Shown: positions 51,821 through 62,647 of the stretch, in pieces | Layout of the letters: the number at the start of each line of letters is the position of its first letter | Numbering within the stretch: the first letter of the stretch is position 1 | NCBI GenBank assembly: GCA_964019335.1 | Contig: OZ025762.1 | Span: forward strand, 62,001 to 126,000 | Direction of reading: 5' to 3' | Origin: Diplonema japonicum | Taxonomy: Eukaryota > Protista > Euglenozoa: Diplonemea | Length of the DNA: 64,000 nt | Made by a program: the position numbers and the translations under genes | Notes under the pieces: generated by a model | Databases searched by the model: none | What the model saw: the letters and a program-made list of their open reading frames with translations, nothing else | Told to the model about the DNA's origin: nothing

Positions 51821-53799
51821 TTTGATACAACTGTGAGAAAAAACCATTTGCGTTTATGGGGGGAAAAAAATTAGAAAAGGGGGGGAGGGGCGACGAAAAA
51901 ACCTGGAATTAAAAAAAAGGGGGGGTGTTGTTATATCCTTATTTCTTTTTTATCTGTGTTGAAACAAAAGGGAGGGAGGGGGGTGGAGGGGGGACAGTAT
52001 TCTTAGAGACCAAAAACCTTTTGCATTTCAATACCTATTGCAGGTACCCTCTGTCGTTGGACACATGCTGTTCAGGATGAGATGCAGCTAGAATGGGCAG
52101 GGTCACAAACAGAAGGAAATACCCCAGACAAGCCTTATCGCAACTGTGAAGGGACATCTTTCTAGAGCCAGTTTTTTCAGTTTTTCTCTCTTTACAAAAT
52201 CCAGTCTCTAAAAAATATCTTTTTTTTCTTTTTCTCTCGCGAAAGAAGCGTTTTCTACTAGGGACTTCGGTCCCTAGCTTATCGTTTTTTTTCTTTTTTT
52301 TTTTTTTCTTTTTTTTTCCTTCATAGAATCTATGTCTAAGGCCCATACGTGAAAACGTGGTGTCTATCAACAAGCCTGCCTCTCCATCCCTTCAGGGCTT
52401 TGGGTAACGGAATTACAGTGAACCTTAGCTCGCGGCCTTCCCTGTATGGTTAGCAGTGTGTGGTATACAAGCAGGTCTGCTATCGTCATTTTTTCTTATT
52501 TTTTGCTTCCCCCTTTCCCGTTGTTTAGTATGCGTGAGGTGTCATGGTCGTGTATAAAAGAAAACATGAGTTCACCCGGAAAAGAAATGCCAGCGCTTGT
52601 CATCAACAGGATTCTACCACGTAAAAAGTACCCAAAATGGTGTATAATAAGTCAAATCTGGTGTTGCTCCAGAGCAAGAAGCACTGTTAAGCCTCTAAGA
52701 AAGAAAAAGAAATTCAGAACGGGGGGGGGGGGGGAGAAAAGAAAGAGAACTAATAAAATATTTTAAAAAGAAATAATTCAAGAGGGTATGGTCAGCACTA
52801 GGCATCTCTTTTCGGACATATTTCGCGACTCCTCCAGATGCTGTCCTCAGAGAGGCACCCTTCAATGGCTCCTACTAGCGTCCCAGCAGGTTGGAGAGTA
52901 CTTTTCCCGATAAAAAAAAGCAATGGGTTTGCACTTTCCTTCGGTTTCGTTTCCCAGCCTGGGAGGCCTAAAAAAGGGGGGGAAATCATATTTTTTCTTC
53001 AGGCACGAATGGTAGAATTATTTCTACCGGAAGAAATACTTTATCAAAAAAAAAAAAAAAAAAAAAAAAGAGACATTTAAGGGTATTTGCGGTATGTGGC
53101 AGGACGCTTGAAAAAAGGGGGAGGAGAGGGAAGAGAAAAGGATTCACTATGATAGAAACGAAAAAATGGTTAGCAACGGCCCCACAAGAAAGGAAAAAAA
53201 AAAAAAAAACAGTTTGGTTAGGGAATATCTAGAGAAAATCAACGCCAGACGGAGCTTCGAAAAGTTCCCTTAGCTCTGTGAATCAGTGCCCAGCAGTTGT
53301 TGAGAGAAAGTCTAACTAAAGCACAAAAGAGAATGGCATGCTATGTTAGGAGAGTGTCTCATCTCCCGGTTGTCAATACGAGTTGCTTGGGTACGCGAAC
53401 AGCGTGCTTGACAAGGAGTTGTAGGAAAAAAAGAAGAAAAAAGAATGGGGGTGCTCGCTGTTGAAAAAAAAAGATTCGGCTGATTGTTGTTTGCGCACAG
53501 CCGGGGGGGGGGGGGGGGGGGGGTTAACCTGTAGAAGGATAAGCCCAACACCCGAAGGTGATCGGTTAACCCTGGATCCGGGCCACCTACAACCTTCTTT
53601 TCTTATATTGTTTTTCGGAATTGCCGGATTCGGAGGGTCATAGAGAAGCCACAGACGGGGTTCCACACTGAAACAGTCAGGTGTAAGAAAATCATCATCG
53701 CGTTTTCCACTAAAGCCCATCGTGGTTCTGAGATTTAGATGTACCGCAGACAGGCTGGGCGTTTAGGGGTTACCGCATAAAAATAGTTTAAACTTTGAA

Positions 53800-55698
53800 C
53801 TATTTTGAAAGTGGGCAACCTGATGCACCGTGGGTGGGCTCATCGTGGTTCCGATATACCTGGTATAGCAGGGGTGACCTCCTGAATGTTGCTTGGGAAA
53901 AGCGAGGAGTACCATGGGTGAGACTCAGATAGTGCTCACCTTCATCAGGTCTCGTACTGCCTGCATTCCCCACCACCCTTCCTGTGTTGCCAACAGTTAC
54001 CTCAATAAGTTCTTCGTCCTTGGGAAGGTATGCCTTGTAAGACTCGTACTTCGGGAACAGGTTTGCAAAGTGGGTGAGCTCCTCGAACACCTCCTGCCTC
54101 ATTTCGCTTGCATCGTCGTAGACACCGATGTAGGTGCTGATGATGATGTGCAGAACCACATCCACGAACACCACCTTCGACACAAACATCCCTGCCAGCG
54201 TCTTCATGATCAGCCTCGCAATGAACAGCGGCGTGAAAATACGCTTCACAAACGCTAGCCCTTGTTCCTTCAGGGCTACCAGATGGTCAGCCATGTGTAC
54301 CCCCAGTATCAGAAAACCAAGGCCAAGTATCTGCAGGACAATCGCAATCCGCGCCAGCCTCGTCAGCAGGTCATCTGCCGCGTCTCGTGTCGTCGCATTA
54401 AGAAGCTTGTTATAAGATACTAAAAACAGCGACATGCTGGCGGTGATGAGGATGGCCGTTGCCATCACAGGAGCCGTCCCCACCACCACAAGAAGAAGGG
54501 CCATGATGCACATCACAATGGGAAGCATCGAGGCCTGCAAGATGATCAGCATCCACGAGGTCACACGGACACCAGGGAACATCAGCTTCGACATCTTCAA
54601 ACCGCCCTGAAGACCAAGCATCAAGCCCAGAACACCAGGACCGAGTGACTTCAATGCTTGCACAGCACCCAGAAGGAAGGGGAAGTAGACAATGTACCTC
54701 AACAGGAGACCCACGAAGGTCATCACAAGCTGAGATGCAGAAGTCTTGCCTGTTGCCTTTTCAAAGAGCTGAAGGCCACTGGTCACGGTGTTCGCCATCT
54801 CGTTGATGTGCATGCTGCAGATGGAACCAACGTCTGCAGGCTTCCCGTTGCTCAGTCGCATCTCGATCCCCAAGGTGGTGTAGACTGTCTTGATGTTGCT
54901 GAGGCAGAATCTGCACAGGCCTTGAACCTGCTCCTTGGGGGAGACGATGTCCATCCAGGGGACGAAGAAGTAGATGAAAGGGAGGAAGAAGACAAGGAAC
55001 CAACCACAGGCAACGAGGCGGATACTCTGGCTATATGATGACCACCTCCAGGCGGAGGCGGAGTAGAAGAAAATGGCGAATATGGACTGAACAAGAGGGA
55101 TGAAGTCCAAAAGCTGAACCCTCGCCCTGTCCCTGAGGCGGAAGTTGTCGCTGATGATGGCATTCTTCTCAACGCTGGTGTCAAAGGCATCGTCTCTGTG
55201 CAGCATCATGACATTGAGGACGAGGACGATGACGTAGAGCAGAATGCTGATGTTGAGCTGCGACCTCCGCCAAGCAAGGTAGGCATGCGACACAAGGGGC
55301 GCCTTGTCCCCAAGAGAGGCAGCGGAGGCAACAGTCTCCGAGGAGTCCACTTCAACCTCTCTGAGGTCTGTCTTGAAGGCCCTTGAAGGCCGAGGGATCT
55401 GCAGTTTCAAGTTGCTAACTGGTTCCACAGGGTAGGTGTAGCCGCTGAAGCACAAATAGGCAAGCAGCCCAGCACCGATGAGGATAACGACGGCAAACAT
55501 GATGTACGCTAAGTAGGAGAGGGCCTCCTTGCCGATGTAGTCAATTTTAACATTTTCCGCGGAGGGGGAACTAAAAATTGGGACAAGACTGTTGTTGTTA
55601 TCTTGAGCAGCTGTCTCGAGAGCAGGAGCTTGCTGTGCTTGCAAGGACACAGCGTGCAGAAGTATGAGCTTTATTAGGAGCCATTTGCAGGAAGCCAT
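53800..55698 (-). CDS. Multipass membrane protein family, copy 8 (start at MASCKW)
   Basis: Intact ORF, nearly identical to copy 9 beyond the N-terminus. Confidence 0.9.
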   Translation of the reverse strand: MASCKWLLIKLILLHAVSLQAQQAPALETAAQDNNNSLVPIFSSPSAENVKIDYIGKEALSYLAYIMFAVVILIGAGLLAYLCFSGYTYPVEPVSNLKLQIPRPSRAFKTDLREVEVDSSETVASAASLGDKAPLVSHAYLAWRRSQLNISILLYVIVLVLNVMMLHRDDAFDTSVEKNAIISDNFRLRDRARVQLLDFIPLVQSIFAIFFYSASAWRWSSYSQSIRLVACGWFLVFFLPFIYFFVPWMDIVSPKEQVQGLCRFCLSNIKTVYTTLGIEMRLSNGKPADVGSICSMHINEMANTVTSGLQLFEKATGKTSASQLVMTFVGLLLRYIVYFPFLLGAVQALKSLGPGVLGLMLGLQGGLKMSKLMFPGVRVTSWMLIILQASMLPIVMCIMALLLVVVGTAPVMATAILITASMSLFLVSYNKLLNATTRDAADDLLTRLARIAIVLQILGLGFLILGVHMADHLVALKEQGLAFVKRIFTPLFIARLIMKTLAGMFVSKVVFVDVVLHIIISTYIGVYDDASEMRQEVFEELTHFANLFPKYESYKAYLPKDEELIEVTVGNTGRVVGNAGSTRPDEGEHYLSLTHGTPRFSQATFRRSPLLYQVYRNHDEPTHGASGCPLSK

Positions 55699-55927
55699 CG
55701 TCTTTCGTTTTTGATATGGTGGCAAGAGCCCTGTTAATATGGTGCATTAAGAACTGAATGAAATAGGGATATCGAACAAATCGAAAGGAGGGAGGAAAAA
55801 GAAAAAAGAATTGTCCCTGAAGGGTCACTATGATGAGAAAGCGCCAGCAAGCCCATCAAGGCTGTTTTCTTTCCAAGAAAGCTGAACTTCACTGTACTTT
55901 ATCATCATCCTGAGACGTAAGGAAAAG

Positions 55928-56216
55928 AAAATATATGTGAGTTAAAGGAAGTCGTTGTGAGACGCCCCCTTGTTCTCATCCACTACCTGCACCTATTCTC
56001 CCCAGCTTGGTCTTTCTCTTGCCATTGCGCCCCCAACTCTTCGTTGATGCAAAGATTGCTCTTCTACTCCACCCGATCCGCCTTCGTCCCTCCGATTGAT
56101 CGCAGCGTATGTACTCTCTTGCATGGTTCAGCAGGGAAGGCCCTCCTTCCTTTCACCTTCTTCTGCAGTCTCCGAAGCTCAGTCTTCTGGCCTTCCCTCC
56201 AAGGGACTTCCGGGTC

Positions 56217-56218
<2 letters not shown>
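55928..56218 (-). mobile_element. Decayed LINE 3' fragment related to 61920-62540
   Basis: Shared GAGTTAAAGGAAGTC..TGTGAGACGCCCCCTTGTTCTCATC end and peptide KKVKGRRAFPAEP..RVHTLRSIG. Confidence 0.75.
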
Positions 56219-56251
<33 letters not shown>

Positions 56252-56357
56252 AGAATGCCACTTACCCCTTCGCGTGGAAAAGAAAAATAGCGATGGCTAG
56301 AGGGATAATCGGATATTTCTTTCCTTCGGCGTCTAGTTCTATTCTTTCTCTTTTACC

Positions 56358-56393
<36 letters not shown>

Positions 56394-57160
56394 TAAATTC
56401 CTCTCTGGGAGAGCAAAACACAATGGAAAAGGAAGACAGACGTGTAATAAAGGAAAACGGGAGGGAACGGCCCAAAGGGGCATCTACTACTACTTGTGAA
56501 AGCCTCTCCCTTTGCCTGGTTAAAAAAAAAAAGGAGAAAGTTCTGCGGGGGCTGAAGCAGGGGGGGAACACAGTACAGCTCTAAAACTGCATATACATCG
56601 CGAGCTGGTGCTTAAATTCCCAAAGGGACGCATGCACCAGAGTATAGTATCCTGTGAACAAAGCCCCCCCCAAGTATTTATGACTGTCATACACAGCAAG
56701 AGAACAATAACCCTTGTCAGGGCAAGTTCTAGTAGTGTGTAAGGCAAAAAAAAAACTAGCTTGGCCCTCCATTTGTTTGTGCGCACGAGCGGAATTTTAC
56801 CTAATAAAATAGCTCATTACGCTGCCATCTCTAGTTTTAGTCTCGACAATAATATTGTTAAAACAAAAAAAAAAAAAAGAAAAAAGAGAGGGAAAGAAGA
56901 GGATCTGGCCGTTATGTGCAGGGTACAAATTTTGACTGATGATTGTAACATGAAACACATCGCCAATATTTCCCCCTTCGCATGACGGACAATGCCCAAA
57001 GAACAATTCTTTATCTTCGTTGTTCTTGTTGTTCGAACAAGCAAAATGAAAGGTTTTTAAAAAAGCGTGAAAGCTTTTTGCTGCGGCACAAGTTGCATAT
57101 AGTTATAAAATCATTTTTTGAAAGATTATTTCTGCGCATAAAAATAGTTTAAACTTTGAA

Positions 57161-59095
57161 CTATTTTGAAAGTGGGCAACTGTGGGTGGGCTCATCGTGG
57201 TTCTGAGACCTGGATGTACTTACCTGATATAGCAGGGGTGACCTCCTGAATGTTGCTTGGGAAAAGCGAGGAGTACCATGGGTGAGACTCAGATAGTGCT
57301 CACCTTCATCAGGTCTCGTACTGCCTGCATTCCCCACCACCCTTCCTGTGTTGCCAACAGTTACCTCAATAAGTTCTTCGTCCTTGGGAAGGTATGCCTT
57401 GTAAGACTCGTACTTCGGGAACAGGTTTGCAAAGTGGGTGAGCTCCTCGAACACCTCCTGCCTCATTTCGCTTGCATCGTCGTAGACACCGATGTAGGTG
57501 CTGATGATGATGTGCAGAACCACATCCACGAACACCACCTTCGACACAAACATCCCTGCCAGCGTCTTCATGATCAGCCTCGCAATGAACAGCGGCGTGA
57601 AAATACGCTTCACAAACGCTAGCCCTTGTTCCTTCAGGGCTACCAGATGGTCAGCCATGTGTACCCCCAGTATCAGAAAACCAAGGCCAAGTATCTGCAG
57701 GACAATCGCAATCCGCGCCAGCCTCGTCAGCAGGTCATCTGCCGCGTCTCGTGTCGTCGCATTAAGAAGCTTGTTATAAGATACTAAAAACAGCGACATG
57801 CTGGCGGTGATGAGGATGGCCGTTGCCATCACAGGAGCCGTCCCCACCACCACAAGAAGAAGGGCCATGATGCACATCACAATGGGAAGCATCGAGGCCT
57901 GCAAGATGATCAGCATCCACGAGGTCACACGGACACCAGGGAACATCAGCTTCGACATCTTCAAACCGCCCTGAAGACCAAGCATCAAGCCCAGAACACC
58001 AGGACCGAGTGACTTCAATGCTTGCACAGCACCCAGAAGGAAGGGGAAGTAGACAATGTACCTCAACAGGAGACCCACGAAGGTCATCACAAGCTGAGAT
58101 GCAGAAGTCTTGCCTGTTGCCTTTTCAAAGAGCTGAAGGCCACTGGTCACGGTGTTCGCCATCTCGTTGATGTGCATGCTGCAGATGGAACCAACGTCTG
58201 CAGGCTTCCCGTTCAGCCGCATCTCGATCCCCAAGGTGGTGTAGACTGTCTTGATGTTGCTGAGGCAGAATCTGCACAGGCCTTGAACCTGCTCCTTGGG
58301 GGAGACGATGTCCATCCAGGGGACGAAGAAGTAGATGAAAGGGAGGAAGAAGACAAGGAACCAACCACAGGCAACGAGGCGGATACTCTGGCTATATGAT
58401 GACCACCTCCAGGCGGAGGCGGAGTAGAAGAAAATGGCGAATATGGACTGAACAAGAGGGATGAAGTCCAAAAGCTGCTCCCTCGCCCTGTCCCTGAGGA
58501 GGAAGTTGTCGCTATCGATGGCATCCTTCTCAACGCTGGTGTCAAAGGCATCGTCTCTGTGCAGCATCATGACATTGAGGACGAGGACGATGACGTAGAG
58601 CAGAATGCTGATGTTGAGCTGCGACCTCCGCCAAGCAAGGTAGGCATGCGACACAAGGGGCGCCTTGTCCCCAAGAGAGGCGGCGGAGGCAACAGTCTCC
58701 GAGGAGTCCACTTCAACCTCTCTGAGGTCTGTCGTGAAGGCCCTTGAAGGCCGAGGGATCTGCAGTTTCAAGTTGCTAACTGGTTCCACAGGGTAGGTGT
58801 AGCCGCTGAAGCACAAATAGGCAAGCAGCCCAGCACCGATGAGGATAACGACGGCAAACATGATGTACGCTAAGTAGGAGAGGGCCTCCTTCCCGATGTA
58901 GTCAACAGGAATTCTGAGAAAGTCAGCTTCACTGGGCAAAGAAAATGGGGGCAAGGAAAGTGGAGGCAAGGTATCGTTCGGAGTTATCTCACTCTCCGGT
59001 GCAAACAGATCGTCGAGTTCAGGTAAGGCCAAAGGCTGCGCTTGCAAAGCCACCACGTGCAGAAGTGCGTATATGATCCAGCGACAAGGAGCCAT
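57161..59095 (-). CDS. Multipass membrane protein family, copy 9 (644 aa)
   Basis: Intact ORF with family motifs. Confidence 0.9.
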   Translation of the reverse strand: MAPCRWIIYALLHVVALQAQPLALPELDDLFAPESEITPNDTLPPLSLPPFSLPSEADFLRIPVDYIGKEALSYLAYIMFAVVILIGAGLLAYLCFSGYTYPVEPVSNLKLQIPRPSRAFTTDLREVEVDSSETVASAASLGDKAPLVSHAYLAWRRSQLNISILLYVIVLVLNVMMLHRDDAFDTSVEKDAIDSDNFLLRDRAREQLLDFIPLVQSIFAIFFYSASAWRWSSYSQSIRLVACGWFLVFFLPFIYFFVPWMDIVSPKEQVQGLCRFCLSNIKTVYTTLGIEMRLNGKPADVGSICSMHINEMANTVTSGLQLFEKATGKTSASQLVMTFVGLLLRYIVYFPFLLGAVQALKSLGPGVLGLMLGLQGGLKMSKLMFPGVRVTSWMLIILQASMLPIVMCIMALLLVVVGTAPVMATAILITASMSLFLVSYNKLLNATTRDAADDLLTRLARIAIVLQILGLGFLILGVHMADHLVALKEQGLAFVKRIFTPLFIARLIMKTLAGMFVSKVVFVDVVLHIIISTYIGVYDDASEMRQEVFEELTHFANLFPKYESYKAYLPKDEELIEVTVGNTGRVVGNAGSTRPDEGEHYLSLTHGTPRFSQATFRRSPLLYQVSTSRSQNHDEPTHSCPLSK

Positions 59096-60155
59096 TTTCT
59101 ATGTTTGAGTTCCAATTAAAAAACTCCCGTGTGTTGCATCTGTTGAGAAAAGTGAGAATAAGAAAGCGACAAGAATAAGAAAGAGAAAAGATATTTGTGT
59201 TGAGGGACCCTTTTAGCAGCGGTTTCTCCTTCTTCAACATGTTATCGGGTGCATCTACCCAGGCTAGGTGTTGTTCAATGAACTTGCTGTCATTGTGTCA
59301 GATTTGTACGGCTTATGCACCTCCATGCTGTCCTCCATGGTGTTCTACGCCACAATGTCTTTAAGTATGCGTTCCTCTGTATTCGATCGATTGTTATAAG
59401 TATAATTATAAAAATTAGCGCGCATTTCGACGACAGCTGAAGCGACTGGCACCTTCCGAAGAAAGTTGGGTTGAGGCCTGGACCTTGTCTGTGAGAAGAG
59501 CCAAGCTAGCTGTATCTTTCTATATGGTTCTACTGACGTGGCTGTTGCTTCCCGGCTCCCTGCTCATGTTGCCCGTCGTCAAGGGACTTGTCGTCTTCCT
59601 TCCTTCGCACCTACACTTATCGTCCCGCTGCAACACCTGCTGCGATTCGCACGAACAGCCGTCGTGTCGTCACTGCTGACATATCTTTTATTTCTTCTTT
59701 CTTTCTTTTTTTTTTTTCGAAAAGATCCTGATCGGGTTTAGAACGGAACAAAAACCTGTGTTAACACAAAAAAAAAAAAAACGAAACAAAACAAAAAGAA
59801 AAGGGGGGGTAGACGTAGAAAGTAAAAAAAGTGGGGAGGTAAAGAAAGCTGTTGAAAAAGGGAGAGAGGCCACAGAAGCAATTAAACACCAACTGGAGAA
59901 TTGCTTCCTCCTTGTTCGATGTAACCGGCGCCACGCGTAGGGTGGGTTCTCCACCCCCGTCCAGGTTTCCCCACGTGTACGGCTTTAGAACGAGACTCCC
60001 AAATCACAAAACCAAGATGGAAGGATGGCATTACAACGTGTAAAGCCTACATAGGTCAAGAGGAGGGGTCGGCTGACTGTCTAATCTATCCCCCCCCACC
60101 CCCCCCCCCCCACGTTTCTCGTGGAAGTGGGAAGGAAGTAGGCGGGTAACCCAAA

Positions 60156-60690
60156 AACACGTTGCCAGTGTTCCCCTTTTGTTTTGGACAAGTCAAAGAC
60201 TCGTTGTTGCAAAAGGAAAAAAGAAAGGGAAAAAAAAAAGATGGGAGGATGACATTCTTTGGTAAACGTCGACATTCTTTGCTAAGAACCAACGTAAAGG
60301 AAGTAGATTTATTTTTAAAGGAAGGGGGGGGGGGGGGGGGGTCAACCGAGTTTGCTAAAGCTATCGCCCCTCTTCACCCCTCTCCTGTATGTACTGTCTT
60401 CATAAGAGGTAACAAAGTTGAAAGGTACAAAGAAAAGGGAAAATATCGTAAAAAACAGAACAAAACTCAAAAAAACGAAGTGGTTAGCAACGGCCTACCG
60501 CGGTGGCCTCCCACCTTATGATGCTCCCCTTTTGGGTTCCCTGCTACCACAAAAAAGAGGAACTGGCCGTTGTTTGTACGTGCCGGGTAAAACCTGGAGA
60601 AGTTTGTCAACCCGAAACACGTTGCCAACGTTCCCCTTTTGTTTAGACAAGTCAAAGACTCGTTCTTGCAAAAAAAAAAAAGGAAAAAAA
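60156..60690. repeat. Local direct repeat of ~60-80 bp (60156-60240 and 60615-60692)
   Basis: AAACACGTTGCCA..GTTCCCCTTTTGTTT..GACAAGTCAAAGACTCGTT.TTGCAAAA occurs twice. Confidence 0.75.
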
Positions 60691-61919
60691 AAGCAACCGA
60701 TAACCAGATGAGGCCTCACGACTTAAGAAAAAATGGCAGGTGTCCAAAAAAAAAGGGGGGGTTGTGAATGGATATTTTTAAAAAAAGAAAAAAAGAAGGT
60801 TGGTGGCAACTTGACCCCTTATGGTTTTCGAAATGCTCAAAGTCCGTCCTTCTTCGAGGGCACACAACAACGTCACTGGTGCTTCCCTTCACGTTAAAAA
60901 AAAAAAGAAAAAGGAAATCTTAATGATGTTTGTCAGGTGTTGTTTCGAAGACGCCGGGGGGGGGGGGGGGGGGGGGGGGCATGGCCGGCTTGGGCTGTCA
61001 TCACCAACAGCGGTCGGAAAGACGGCAAAAACCTTTGAGATTATCTTCGAAGTTATGGGGAAAAGAAAAAAAAAAAAGAACGGAAAGTCAAAAAAAAAAA
61101 AAGTTTCTTTCCTTTTTTGAAAGGTTATTGCCCCTTCACTAAGGCGAAGAAGAAGAGAAAGCTAGACATCTTCGGTGCGTGTTTCCGCTCTTCCGTTAGT
61201 AACCACTTCCGCTTATCATGAAAAGAAAAGCCCCCCCCGTGATCTTTCACCAACCTTTTCTTGAATAGTGCACTGCCACATCCTTTCGAGGGGAGGGAGG
61301 GGGGGAGTAGGAATTTGTATATTTATCTTTTCTTTTTTTTCTTCTCTCTTTTTTTTTTTTTATAAAATTCCATTTTATCGAGTGGTGAGAGATTCAGAGA
61401 AAAATGGAACCACTGGGTCGTGTTAAGCCGGCTTGGCTTGTTGACCACAGAAGAACCCCCGCTGAAGCAGGTGGAAAAAGCGGGGGGGGAAAAAAAAATA
61501 GGGTCGTCGGTAGTTGTTTGCGCACAACCGAGGGTCAACCTGTATGGATGTGCAAAAAGAAAAAAGAAGAAAAAATGGGGCTTTGATTGCAACACTAAGG
61601 GGCGTTAAGTGCGCAACGTAGTATGGACTGTCTACTTGGCCGAGGAGCTTCTTCTGCATTCCGCGACCAAGATTCGGCGCTCGTGCTGTTCGTCACCCTG
61701 AGCATCTGCGTTATGATCTGATGTACTTCTTTATATTTCCATGTTTTCCCCACCACCTATAAAAAAAAAAAAAGAGTCGGTTGATTGTTGTTTGTGCACA
61801 GCTGGGATTAACCTGTAGAAGGATAAGCCCAACAATGCTACCACTACTCTTTTTAGCAATAACAATTCATTATCAATATATTGTTTTTCTTGTTCATGCA
61901 AAAAAAAAAAAAGAAAGAA

Positions 61920-62540
61920 ACAAATATATGAGTTAAAGGAAGTCTTTGTGAGACGCCCCCTTGTTCTCATCTTCTACCTGCACCTATCCCCCTTCAGCAG
62001 CGGTTTCTCCTCCTTTGGTGGTCTTGCCGGCCTTCTCCCCAGCCTGGCCGCTCTTTCTCTTCGTTCTCTCGCCCATTGTCCTTTCAACGCCTCTAGGTCA
62101 TGCTTGGTCTTCGGTGATGCAAATATCGCCCTCCTGTTCCATCCGATCACCGCCTTTGTCCTCCCGATGGATCGTAGTGTGTGCACCCTTGTGCTCGGCT
62201 CAGCTGGGAAGGCCCTCCTTCCTTTCACCTTCTTCAGTACCCTCCCTAGCTCCCATGTGTGCCAGATCTTCTTCATCAGTCCATGCAATCTCCTCGCTTT
62301 CTGCTGTACTTCTGCGAGATCCCCCAGCTTCCCTCCAAGGGTCTTCCCGGTCACGTTCTCGAAATCCAGTGCCAGCTCCACCGTCGACACTGACGTGTTC
62401 CTGCTGCCTGCATACCAGCGCAGTTGCCGCATCCACCTCAGCGTGTACTCCCGTAGGACATCCCCTGCCGGTAGCTTGCCGAAGTCCTTGTCCGTCGGTA
62501 CTGGGTGTTCTTGACCTTGTGTGATCTCCAGCCACTGGTG
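61920..62540 (-). mobile_element. 5'-truncated LINE 3' end, distant relative of 1068-2290
   Basis: WLEITQGQEHPVPT...LRWYAG...VELALDFE...AFPA...RVHTLR aligns by eye with WDEITTGKQHTVPT...LRWYAG...MELAVDYE...AFPA...RVHTLR. Its 3' terminus recurs at ~5712-5746, ~38152-38190 and ~55928. Confidence 0.75.
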
Positions 62541-62647
62541 TGTAAAAAAAAGATAAGATAATTTCTTTTCGTACCGCAAGAGCAAAGCGCGGCTCAACTA
62601 CTTAAGAAAAGGATCTGATTAAACAAAAAAAAAAAAGATAAAAAGGA

